From Candidatus Binatia bacterium (GTDB taxonomy: Bacteria > Desulfobacterota > Binatia > Bin18): 64,000 nucleotides of DNA. The stretch's first letter is position 1. Every line of letters begins with the position of its first letter. The position numbers and the translations under genes were made by a program. This document shows positions 11,039 through 20,162 of the stretch, piece by piece. The notes under the pieces were generated by a model. The model saw nothing but the letters and a program-made list of their open reading frames with translations, made no database searches and was not told the DNA's origin. Location: the NCBI GenBank assembly GCA_963666315.2, contig CAXXHG010000038.1, forward strand, positions 32,001-96,000, in the 5' to 3' direction.

Positions 11039-11872
11039 GTGCCCGGCTCCCTTTACATCATTGCGACACCGATCGGTAATCTTGAAGATATCACCCTACG
11101 CGCCTTGCGCGTACTCAAAGAGGTTGACCTGATTGCGGCGGAAGACACCCGCCATACCAGAAAATTGCTCTCGCATTACGAGATTGCAACCCGGCTGACA
11201 AGCTACCATGACCACATCGAAGCAAGCAAAGCTCCGGTGCTGGTGGCGGAATTGCAGTCAGGAAAAAATATCGCCTTGGTCAGTGATGCTGGTACGCCGT
11301 GTATCTCCGACCCCGGCTATCGTTTGGTGAAAAGTGCAGCAGAGGCGGGTATTGCTGTTATTCCGATTCCTGGCCCGTCCATGCTGACGGCGCTCCTGAG
11401 CGTTGGTGGTTTACCTACCGATCGTTTCGCCTTTGAAGGATTTCTGCCTGCGAAAAAGAGTCAGCGTCAGAAGATATTGCAGGGACTCCAGCGTGAAGAA
11501 CGTACTTTGGTTTTCTATGAATCTCCGCACCGGCTAGTCAGTACACTCACTGATCTCGAAGGACTTTTTGGTGACCGTCAGCTAGTGCTAGGGCGAGAGT
11601 TCACCAAGAAGTTTGAGGAAATCCGACGTGGAAAAGTGAGGACCGTCCTTGCGGATTTATACGGGCGACAAGTGAAAGGAGAGGTGGCGCTGTTGGTATC
11701 CGGCTGGGACGGCCGGGAAGAAGCATCTTCAGAGCTAGCGGCGCAAGGGCTCATGCAGCAGCTTTTGACACAAGAGCTGCCGCTTAAGGAAGCGGCGCGC
11801 ATTGTCAGTGAACAGTGCGGAATGTCAAAACGTGAGGCCTATACACTAGGCATAAAAATAAAGGCCAGCTGA
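11039..11872 (+). CDS. rsmI: 16S rRNA C1402 2'-O-methyltransferase
   Basis: LYIIATPIGNLEDIT, AEDTR, SDAGTPCISDPG, FYESPHR. Confidence 0.95.
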   Translation: MPGSLYIIATPIGNLEDITLRALRVLKEVDLIAAEDTRHTRKLLSHYEIATRLTSYHDHIEASKAPVLVAELQSGKNIALVSDAGTPCISDPGYRLVKSAAEAGIAVIPIPGPSMLTALLSVGGLPTDRFAFEGFLPAKKSQRQKILQGLQREERTLVFYESPHRLVSTLTDLEGLFGDRQLVLGREFTKKFEEIRRGKVRTVLADLYGRQVKGEVALLVSGWDGREEASSELAAQGLMQQLLTQELPLKEAARIVSEQCGMSKREAYTLGIKIKAS

Positions 11873-12197
11873 AGATGGCACGATACCGATACTGCAGCCA
11901 CAATGCTCCAGCAACAAAGAACAGGCCCTTGACTTGACTCTTCAAAAAAGAGTACTAGGAGGGAGACAGACGGGTTTGGGGAAGTTTGTGGTTAGGGAAT
12001 GTGGTCCACCAGACACCCGAATGGAGGCCGCCTACCACTATGCGAAACCAGGAGTCTACAGCTAGCTCCTCGCCTTCAGGTGAACATAAGCAGTTTGCTT
12101 ATTCTGCTTGCTCTGCTCTTTCCGGCCTGATCGCCTTCCCTGTCGTCCTTCCTTTCCTCGGCTTTGATTATTCCTTAGACGCTGCAGGAGGAAAGCC

Positions 12198-13103
12198 ATG
12201 AGCCAGCTCCGGCGCATTATTATTGGCCATGATCTGGGAGCAGGTTCTGAGAGCGCGGTGCAATCTGCAGTCGCCCTCGCCTCTCGCTATGGTGCTGCCC
12301 TGCGTTTCGTCCATGTCATTGAGCCGGTCCATACGTACCAGCGCTTATCGCACCCGTTCACGCCTCCGTACACTCCGGAAGAACTGGCGCAACAGGCCGG
12401 GGCAAAGCTGGAGGCCCTTGTCAGCAGCCCGGCTTTCGTCTCGCTGCATGCAGAATATGAGGTGCGCGTAGGGAAACCTTTTGTTGAACTCATCCTAGCC
12501 CGGCGTGCGTGGCAGGCCGACCTCATTATCGTTGGTGGACCGATAGACCAAGCTGGCCCCTTGCTGGGTGGAACAAGTGAGCGGCTGGTACGCAAGGCTC
12601 TGGTCCCGGTTCTCATTACAAAACGGCCCCTGTCTGCTGCTACCAAAACCTTCTTGCTGCCCACAGATTTTTCTCCCGCATCAAAGCAAGCGGCGCAGGA
12701 GGCGTTAACCCTTGCCGCGAGTTTTGACGGGCGGGTGATCTTCTTCCACGCCATAGACCTCTCCTACGGGTACGGGGCTGTGGTTGGGGCCGACATGCCG
12801 GCTTTCTCACCCGCTCCGCTCTTAACAGAGGAAGATATCGAAGGGGAATGGCAGGCTTTTCTTGCCGATCTTCCGCTCCAGGATATCTCCTGGGAACGTC
12901 GCACAGTGAGTGGACCCGCGGGGACTTCTATTGTGAACCAGGCAGACGAGTGTCAGGCCGATGTCATTGTGATGAGCACCCATGGCCGGAATGGACTCAC
13001 CCATATGCTGTTAGGCAGTGTGACCGAAGAGGTTGTACGAACGGCGCACAGCCTCATCCTGACCATTCGACCGGGTGCATTTCAGTTTGAGCTGCCGCAA
13101 TAA
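12198..13103 (+). CDS. Tandem-domain universal stress protein
   Basis: Two USP domains; PTDFS, HGRNGL...LLGSVTEEVVR. Confidence 0.92.
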   Translation: MSQLRRIIIGHDLGAGSESAVQSAVALASRYGAALRFVHVIEPVHTYQRLSHPFTPPYTPEELAQQAGAKLEALVSSPAFVSLHAEYEVRVGKPFVELILARRAWQADLIIVGGPIDQAGPLLGGTSERLVRKALVPVLITKRPLSAATKTFLLPTDFSPASKQAAQEALTLAASFDGRVIFFHAIDLSYGYGAVVGADMPAFSPAPLLTEEDIEGEWQAFLADLPLQDISWERRTVSGPAGTSIVNQADECQADVIVMSTHGRNGLTHMLLGSVTEEVVRTAHSLILTIRPGAFQFELPQ

Positions 13104-13299
13104 AAGTGGCGAAAAAACGAAGTGTCATGACGCTTGGCTGGGCGTAGCACGAACTCGTTTCGATTGGCGTATGCCTGTCTTGCTCCTAACGAAAAACAGC
13201 GGCAAGAGGAGGGAATATGGAAGTCACCCAAACAAAGGCTACCGAGTCGAGTCTTGCGGCAATTTCTTCAACAGAACTTTCGCAACTCCTCCAAGAAGG

Positions 13300-14238
13300 C
13301 ATTGTTGCCCGCGTTCCGCCGACATCGGGCGAAAATTGGCCGGCAGCATCGCCCGGTGGCACGCTTTCGCTCGCACATTGTGTCGCTTTGGAGTGCACGT
13401 ACTCTTTATACCATCCTATCCCAAGCTGCCGGGGCTCGTGTATCCAGCTGATGCGGGATTTGTGTTCGCTCTAGATACGCCTATCCCTCTCCGTAGCTAG
13501 ACTTTTTATTTGTCTAATCTTTTACCGTCCCGGGCCGGCGAACAGCCCGTATATAAAAAATTTCTCGAACAGTGCGGCCTATGTCCGATGCTGGTGAACC
13601 CACGCTTCGACGGGGAAGCTGATTTCTTTCCAGCCGGGGCGTATTATCTTTTTACGTACGGCCGCCTTGAGCGACAGCGTTTCCGCTTGCGTTTTGGCTT
13701 GCTTCCATACTAGCGAGTCTACGGATTTCGCACCGATTTTACGGTCCTGAGTGAGCTACAACAGCGCGTGGCAGATACCGAAATTATTCCGCTCGAACTC
13801 AGGAATGAAGCCCACTATCACGGCGATACCGTCCTGCGTGCTTTCGGTCCGGGACGCCGTTTTCTCTTAGCCTATCTCGATGGGTTTACGCCAGCTGCCG
13901 CTGCCTGTCTCCGGGATCTCTTCCAGGGCGATCTGCTCCCACTTTCCTGTGCCGATGCCGCTCTGTATGCGGCCAACTCGTTTACGCTCGAACAGAACGG
14001 TCGAGCCTATCTGTTTATGCCAGACGGTGTGAGTGCGGCGCTCCAGGTCCAGGTGCGCGAGCGTAGGGTTGAGCCGGTGCTCGTTAATGTATCCGAATTC
14101 TTACGCAAAGGCGGCGGAGCGGTGTAATGTATGCTAGGCGACCTTGGCCCTCATGAGGAAGAGGAACTCAGTCCGGAGCAGCGGGATTTTCGTCGAGAAC
14201 GAGACTATCGCAATTTGTTTGGGACAGTAGGCATATAA
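13300..14238 (+). pseudogene. Amidinotransferase / dimethylargininase-family pseudogene (start approximate)
   Basis: One frame carries LPGLVYPADAG, SRAGEQ, FDGEADF, HYHGDT, YAANS, SEFLRKGGGAV*CM, interrupted by TAG 13498, TAG 13711 and TAA 14125. Confidence 0.8.
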
Positions 14239-14273
14239 ACGTTGGAGTCTAGGGTCTTTCCAGACACCCTCCG

Positions 14274-14702
14274 CTACTGTTGGATGTACTCCCTCAAATA
14301 TCGATTCTCAAATTCAGTTGCTTCGAGCTGAGCTTTCACCACATCCCCTATAGAAATCAGGCCTTCGAGGCGGCCTTCATCCAAGATAGGGAGATGACGA
14401 ATACGGTTTTGCGTCATGACTCCCATGATATAGCCGACCTCATCGTCCGGAATGCTAATAATGAGGTCTTTGGTCATGACCTGCTGTACCAGGGTAGTTT
14501 TCACCTGCTCACTGCGTGCCGTACATTCGCGTAGAATATCTCGCTCTGTGATGATGCCGATTACCTGTCCTTGGTCGTCGAGGACTATGAGCGATCCAAT
14601 GTGGTGGGTGATCATAGTTTGCATGGCTGTATGAACTGTGACGTCTGGTTGAATGCTGATCACGTTTGTTTCCTTGGCGCGAAGGATGTCTTTGACTTGC
14701 AT
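14274..14702 (-). CDS. CBS-domain pair protein
   Basis: GIITERDI, RIRHLPI, ISIGDVVKA. Confidence 0.92.
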   Translation of the reverse strand: MQVKDILRAKETNVISIQPDVTVHTAMQTMITHHIGSLIVLDDQGQVIGIITERDILRECTARSEQVKTTLVQQVMTKDLIISIPDDEVGYIMGVMTQNRIRHLPILDEGRLEGLISIGDVVKAQLEATEFENRYLREYIQQ

Positions 14703-15116
14703 GGCTGTCTGACCTCCTGGAGCACAGTGTCCGTCTCCTGTTCCGCCCTCCTGACCCTCTGTATCACTAGGTGATAGATTGTAACCTCGATCTTTTGTCA
14801 GACAAAGTCAAGAAAAAATGCCCCGGCCTCTTGACTCTTATTGACTGAATGCTAGCAGGAAATGGTACAGAGCTTGTAGGCGGTTGTGGTACGGGGATGG
14901 TGGCAGCCTCTTCAAGTAAGGAGGGCCCCAGGCCGTGGTAGACCAGGGGTTATCATATGACTCCTGTCCTACGGACAAGCGTGCCTTTCGCGGCGCCATT
15001 GTGCGTCGGGCCCTTCCCGGTGCTCTTCTTCTCCCGTCCCATTTCTTTTTTCCACACACCTCTAGGTTCACCCGCGAAGTAGCTCAAAAGATTTGCGGCT
15101 CAAGAAGAAAAGAAGA

Positions 15117-15485
15117 ATGACACGCCTAGAACAATACGACGGTGAGCATGGACGGAGTCGAAAGCCTCGGCCCCGAGTTGCCGCTCTCGATCACGGTGAT
15201 TTTGCCTTAATGTGCGCGGTTCTTGAGGATGCCTTGAAATGTTTTCAGCATCAGCTTGTTCCGGGCAGCAAGCGTGAGCAACGCCTTGCGCAAGAAGCCG
15301 AAGAATGGCTCTTTGCGGACGATGCGCGCTGGCCATTTTCCTTTGTGAATATCTGCTCGGCCTTGGACCTGAGTCCTGAACGTGTTCGTCTTGGGCTTGC
15401 GCGTTGGCGTCACCGGGCGAGCTTTGAGCAGCACTTGCAGAAGACTCATCTCAGCTCTCCCCAGGACCGTGGGAAATATCATTAA
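15117..15485 (+). CDS. Conserved hypothetical protein
   Basis: LMCAVLEDALKCF...EAEEWLF...WPFSFVNICSALDL motif, recalled from deltaproteobacteria-like genomes. Confidence 0.65.
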   Translation: MTRLEQYDGEHGRSRKPRPRVAALDHGDFALMCAVLEDALKCFQHQLVPGSKREQRLAQEAEEWLFADDARWPFSFVNICSALDLSPERVRLGLARWRHRASFEQHLQKTHLSSPQDRGKYH

Positions 15486-15505
15486 TGGAAATGACGGAGA
15501 TCGCT

Positions 15506-16387
15506 TTAGCCTTGCAGGAATTCAAGCAGCATACGATTGATCTCATCCGGTTTTTCTTGATGGGTAAAGTGTCCGGCATCTGCGATAATTTCTTTCCGCA
15601 GTCCTTTGGGGAAGTATTGTTCTATGCCATCACTGAGTTCGACTCCGATGCAGCCGTCTTTGGCCCCGTGGAAGTACAGAGTCGGGACCTGAATCGGATC
15701 CCCGGTTAACACATGTTCTTGGATGTCCGCCAATTCCGGCACATGGTGGGCCGGATTCAGGGTGTGGCGATAATAATTGAGCGCGGCTTGGAGAACGCCC
15801 GGCTTCTTAAACGTCTCTTTCAGTGCGGCCATCTCCTCGGGGGGATACTCCCAGCCCGGAGACCAATCTTGCCAGATGCGTTCAATAAACGCGAAGTCGT
15901 TCAGCGCAACCGCGTCATCAGCAAACGGCATCTGGAAAAAGAACATATACCACGATCGGCGCTGCTGAGCCTGGCTGGTGATGAAAGACTCAAGGAGGCC
16001 AGGCCCGTGCGGAACCGCAATAGTGACCAGCTTGGTAATCTTTTCCGAGGCTATGACTGCGGCCGCATGGGCTGCTGCCGCGCCCCAATCGTGTCCGATC
16101 AAAACGCATGAACCTCCGCCCAGCTGGTCGATGAGCGCAAGAGTATCCTGCACGAGTGCGGCTGCCTGATACGGACCGTTGGGCGGAACGTCTGTTGGCG
16201 CATAGCCGCGCAAGTACGGGGCAACGGCCCGGTAGCCGGCTTTGGCAAGCACCGGCAACTGGTAGCGAAACGATGGGGCGTGATCTGGAAATCCATGCAG
16301 ACACAGCGTGAGCGGCCCCTCGCCCAGTTCAAGACAGTGAAAGGTCAGGCCGTTGGCTTGGACGGTCGTATTCTTGAACACCGACAT
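15506..16387 (-). CDS. Alpha/beta hydrolase (epoxide hydrolase-like)
   Basis: LHGFPD, GHDWG, SWYMFFFQ, GHFTHQE. Confidence 0.9.
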   Translation of the reverse strand: MSVFKNTTVQANGLTFHCLELGEGPLTLCLHGFPDHAPSFRYQLPVLAKAGYRAVAPYLRGYAPTDVPPNGPYQAAALVQDTLALIDQLGGGSCVLIGHDWGAAAAHAAAVIASEKITKLVTIAVPHGPGLLESFITSQAQQRRSWYMFFFQMPFADDAVALNDFAFIERIWQDWSPGWEYPPEEMAALKETFKKPGVLQAALNYYRHTLNPAHHVPELADIQEHVLTGDPIQVPTLYFHGAKDGCIGVELSDGIEQYFPKGLRKEIIADAGHFTHQEKPDEINRMLLEFLQG

Positions 16388-16398
16388 GGCTGCCCTCC

Positions 16399-17616
16399 TT
16401 ACTGAGGAATAGTCCTGTTTTCTCGCAATTTTGCCATCTCTTCCCATGAATATCCGGCGGCCAAGAGAACTTCTTCTGTATTTTGCCCAGGCTCAGGTGC
16501 GGCGTGTCGAATGGTGGCTGGTGTCTCACTGAAATCGACCGGACTGGCTACCATTTCGATTTGCCGGCCGGAAGAATGGGCGACCGGAACAAACGCACCG
16601 TTCGCTTTTGTCTGAGGGTCATTGATGACGTCTTCAACTGTTTGGACCGGTCCCCAGAACAAGCCCGCAGTGTCGAGCAGGAGCGCCCATTCTGCTTGTG
16701 TTTTTTCCACGAAGATGGGGTCTAGGAGGGCTATCAACTCTGCAGCGTTCTGGCTGCGCAGGGCAGTATCCGCAAAGCGTGGATCATGCGTTAAATCCTT
16801 GCGATCGATGGCCTCACAAAATGTCGGCCAGTGCCGGTCACTTTGCAGCATGACCAGATAGAGCCATTTCCCATCTTTGGCTTGGTAGCAATTGAACAAT
16901 GGATTGCCCGCAGCCTTTCGGCTCATGCGCGGAATATCTTGTCGTGTGAGCAGCGCGGTTTGAATATCAATGGAATTGACCCATACAGCTGTCCGGTACA
17001 GGGACAAGCCGACTTCCTGGCCGACTCCGGTTCGTTCTCTGGCAAACAGGGCTGCCGAAGTCGCTGCAGCGACACTCAGCGTGGTGGTGTGATCGCCCAT
17101 GCCGGGCCTCTGACTCGGTGGCGGGGCATCGGGTTCGCCCATAGTAGCCATGATGCCGGAACGGGCCCAAAAACCGGCATAGTCAAAAGCCGCTCGGTCA
17201 CGCTCCGGCCCGGTCTTGCCATATCCCGTCACCCCGACATAAATCAGCTTGGTATTATGGGCGCGCAACGTCTCGTAATCGAGATGATAGCGCTCCAGGG
17301 CGCCCGGCCGCAGATTCGTCAAGAACACATCTGCATCTTGGATGAGCCGATAGACGATAGTCTGCCCTTCTTCCGTGCGGATATTGACGGCCACACTTTT
17401 TTTATTGCGATTGTCTATTTCAAACGCACCATTAATCGTGAGACCAGAGCTGGCTCCAATTCCAGTGGTGAGAAACCCGCGAAAGGGATCGCCGCCATCA
17501 GGATCTTCGATTTTGACAACGTCCGCACCCCAGTCGGCCAGGATGGCTCCCCCTCCGGGGCCGGCGGCCCACATTGCGACTTCAACAACCTTGATCCCTG
17601 TAAGCGCTCCATCCAT
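16399..17616 (-). CDS. Family III CoA-transferase (CaiB/BaiF)
   Basis: WAAGP...GADVVKIE, NRNKKS, DVFLTNLRPG, APEPGQNT. Confidence 0.92.
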   Translation of the reverse strand: MDGALTGIKVVEVAMWAAGPGGGAILADWGADVVKIEDPDGGDPFRGFLTTGIGASSGLTINGAFEIDNRNKKSVAVNIRTEEGQTIVYRLIQDADVFLTNLRPGALERYHLDYETLRAHNTKLIYVGVTGYGKTGPERDRAAFDYAGFWARSGIMATMGEPDAPPPSQRPGMGDHTTTLSVAAATSAALFARERTGVGQEVGLSLYRTAVWVNSIDIQTALLTRQDIPRMSRKAAGNPLFNCYQAKDGKWLYLVMLQSDRHWPTFCEAIDRKDLTHDPRFADTALRSQNAAELIALLDPIFVEKTQAEWALLLDTAGLFWGPVQTVEDVINDPQTKANGAFVPVAHSSGRQIEMVASPVDFSETPATIRHAAPEPGQNTEEVLLAAGYSWEEMAKLRENRTIPQ

Positions 17617-17694
17617 GTTGAGCCCCCTTATGTCTGCCTGCTTCTCTCTGCTCGGGCTATGCCTGATCCACTGGCATAGTGTCAAGGGCGAGGA

Positions 17695-18138
17695 CTAGGA
17701 GGACAGATATTGAACCGTAGCCCTGGCAACCGGGCTAAAGGCCTCAGCTACGGTGTCCGTCAGTTCTGAGAGTGGCACCCAGCGCCGCTGCCGGTCGGTT
17801 TCGTATGCAGTCACTGCTCCTGTGACTTGAGCGGCAAAGAATGAGAAGCGGTTCGTTTTCCTTTTCCCTTCGAGCTCGAGCACTTTGAGCAACGGCCCGG
17901 TCTCGATGATATACCCACTTTCTTCCCTACACTCTCGGGCTGCAGCCTGCTCGAGTGTCTCTCCGGGATCGACCGTGCCGACCGGGAAGATCCATGAATC
18001 GTGATGTTGCCGAGCGGTAATGATGAGAATTTCATAACTCCGCTGCGCTGCCCGGCGGTATGCCACAACGCCGGCCTTTTGGCCTTCTACACGAGTAGGA
18101 TGTTGAGAGGCCTCTTGTTCCGTCATTTGTGTTGCCAT
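17695..18138 (-). CDS. NUDIX hydrolase
   Basis: GTVDPGETLEQAAARECREESG nudix box. Confidence 0.85.
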   Translation of the reverse strand: MATQMTEQEASQHPTRVEGQKAGVVAYRRAAQRSYEILIITARQHHDSWIFPVGTVDPGETLEQAAARECREESGYIIETGPLLKVLELEGKRKTNRFSFFAAQVTGAVTAYETDRQRRWVPLSELTDTVAEAFSPVARATVQYLSS

Positions 18139-18266
18139 GAGTTTTCTTTATTTCGGACAACGATCGGTGACACCGACTCCTCGGGGACCCGAGTCCTCGG
18201 GGCATCTGCTTGTCCATTTGGGAAGTCTATCGTATTACCCATCGGAATACTTGTGGGGAGTTGGCT

Positions 18267-19712
18267 ATGAGCATCAAGACTGTCCGTTTCGACGAGGGTC
18301 GAGATAATGGGGCTAACGCCCCATCCGCAGGAGGAGTGAGATTGCATGCCTTTGTCATTGCCGGTACACACAGCGGTGTTGGAAAAACCACTGTTACGTT
18401 GGGGCTGCTTGCCGCCTTACGCAAAAGAGGTCTCGCCGTCCAGCCGTTCAAAGTCGGGCCGAATTTTATTGACCCTGGCCATCATACCACCGTGACCGGT
18501 GTGCCCTCCAGAAATCTCGATGGCTGGATGCTGTCACAAGAATATAATCAAGACACGTTTAGACACAATATTCAGCGTCATGACGTTGGAGTTATCGAAG
18601 GGGTGATGGGCCTTTTCGATGGTTATGACGGCAAGAGCGAAGCCGGCAGTACGGCCGAAATGGCCAAATGGCTTGGCTTGCCGGTTATCCTTGTTGTGGA
18701 TGCCTCGGCCATGGCGCGGCGTACTGCCGCGTTGATCCACGGTTTTCAAAGTTTTGATCCGAACCTCAATGTTACAGGAGTAATTTTTAATCGCATTGGC
18801 GGTCCCGGTCATCTGCAATATCTTTGTGGAGCACTTGAGGGGAGGCCGGATATCGTAGTGCTGGGTGGATTATCACACACCGCAGACATCACCATCCCTG
18901 AACGACACTTAGGACTGGTGACTCCGGAAGAACATCGATTAGGCGCGGAAAATATTGGGCGTCTGGCGACTTTCATTGAAGACAAAGTCGACCTTGATCG
19001 CCTGCTTCGGACTACGCAGTTTACCCAACCCCCAACTCCTGTTTCGCCATCCTCTACGGCGAACAGGGAGAGGCGGCGAGACAAGCGTGTCCGTTTCGGC
19101 ATCGCCCGCGATGAGGTCTTCTGTTTTTATTATCCGGAGAATCTGGAACTCTTAGAACGAGCGGGTGCTGCGCTCGTTTTCTTCAGCCCGCTGCATGACG
19201 TGCACCTACCACCGGACCTGCAGGGCATCCACCTGGGCGGTGGCTACCCGGCGGTGCATGCCGCTCAACTCTCATCAAATGTAACCATGCGCCAAGAAAT
19301 AAAAGCATTCATTGAAGACGGCAAGACCGTGTGTGCGGAGTGCGGTGGGTTTATGTATCTGACCCGGGGGACACGGACTACGCAGGGAAAATACTTTCCC
19401 ATGGTGGACATTTATCCAACGGTGGTCCGCATGTTGTCGCGCCGCAGCGCGCTGGGATATACCGAGGTTGAGATAGCCGCCACAGAAATGGATTTTCCTC
19501 CGCTACGGCTGCGCGGGCACGAATTTCACTACTCCGAATCAGAGCAGGACATAGCGCGTGACACGATCAAGACGATCTACCAAGTTCGTCAGCGCCCGAC
19601 GGACCCGCCTCGGTCTGAAGGCTATGTCTACAAACGCTGCCTCGCGAGTTATGCGCATCTACATTTTGGGAGTAATCCGGAATTTGTGGAGCGTTTGGTT
19701 TCGGGAACATAG
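18267..19712 (+). CDS. cbiA: Cobyrinate a,c-diamide synthase (CbiA/CobB)
   Basis: SGVGKTT, FKVGP.FIDP, EGVMGLFDG, ERHLGL, AECGGFMYL, GHEFHYS, ASYAHLHF. Confidence 0.92.
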   Translation: MSIKTVRFDEGRDNGANAPSAGGVRLHAFVIAGTHSGVGKTTVTLGLLAALRKRGLAVQPFKVGPNFIDPGHHTTVTGVPSRNLDGWMLSQEYNQDTFRHNIQRHDVGVIEGVMGLFDGYDGKSEAGSTAEMAKWLGLPVILVVDASAMARRTAALIHGFQSFDPNLNVTGVIFNRIGGPGHLQYLCGALEGRPDIVVLGGLSHTADITIPERHLGLVTPEEHRLGAENIGRLATFIEDKVDLDRLLRTTQFTQPPTPVSPSSTANRERRRDKRVRFGIARDEVFCFYYPENLELLERAGAALVFFSPLHDVHLPPDLQGIHLGGGYPAVHAAQLSSNVTMRQEIKAFIEDGKTVCAECGGFMYLTRGTRTTQGKYFPMVDIYPTVVRMLSRRSALGYTEVEIAATEMDFPPLRLRGHEFHYSESEQDIARDTIKTIYQVRQRPTDPPRSEGYVYKRCLASYAHLHFGSNPEFVERLVSGT

Positions 19713-19811
19713 TTTTCTTGTCTGATAATTCCGCTGAATCTCTGTTTGCTCCGCTTGCACTGTTTGCAACGCTTGACACTTACGCAACCCTCCGATACCA
19801 ACGGTCCTGAA

Positions 19812-19995
19812 TCTCGCTTGAGGTGCCCATACGGGGTGAAAAGGGAAGTCGGTGCGAAGCCGACGCGGTCCCGCCACTGTGATGGGGGAGCCTGTCTCTA
19901 TTACGCCACTGCCTGCCAAAGCAGGTGGGAAGGCTGAAGACGGGTGCTGAGGTTTGAGCCTCTAACCCCCTAAGCCAGGAAACCTGCCTGAAGCC
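19812..19995 (+). promoter_or_regulatory. Cobalamin (AdoCbl) riboswitch
   Basis: Conserved blocks AGGTGC...AAAAGGGAAGTCGGTGCGAAGCCGACGCGGTCCCGCCACTGT...GCCACTG...GGGAAGG...TAAGCCAGGAAACCTGCC directly upstream of a TonB receptor. Confidence 0.93.
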
Positions 19996-20162
19996 ATGAA
20001 CCGGCCTCTCCGCGGAGAGAGAAAGGGTTCAGCGTGTTATTTCATCGAGTCGTGTCCCACCGCCTGTTCCATATAGGCAGGCCTGCGGCACGATCTTCTC
20101 AAGTTTTTCAACACGACTGTTCCTGTTTCTCTCCTGGCGGAAGGCTTCCACGAGGAGGGAAG

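Noticed and set aside
11930-12195. Long leader with small hairpins before the USP gene as a riboswitch
   Set aside because: Only short local stems (e.g. ataagca-gtt-tgcttat) and no known aptamer motif.
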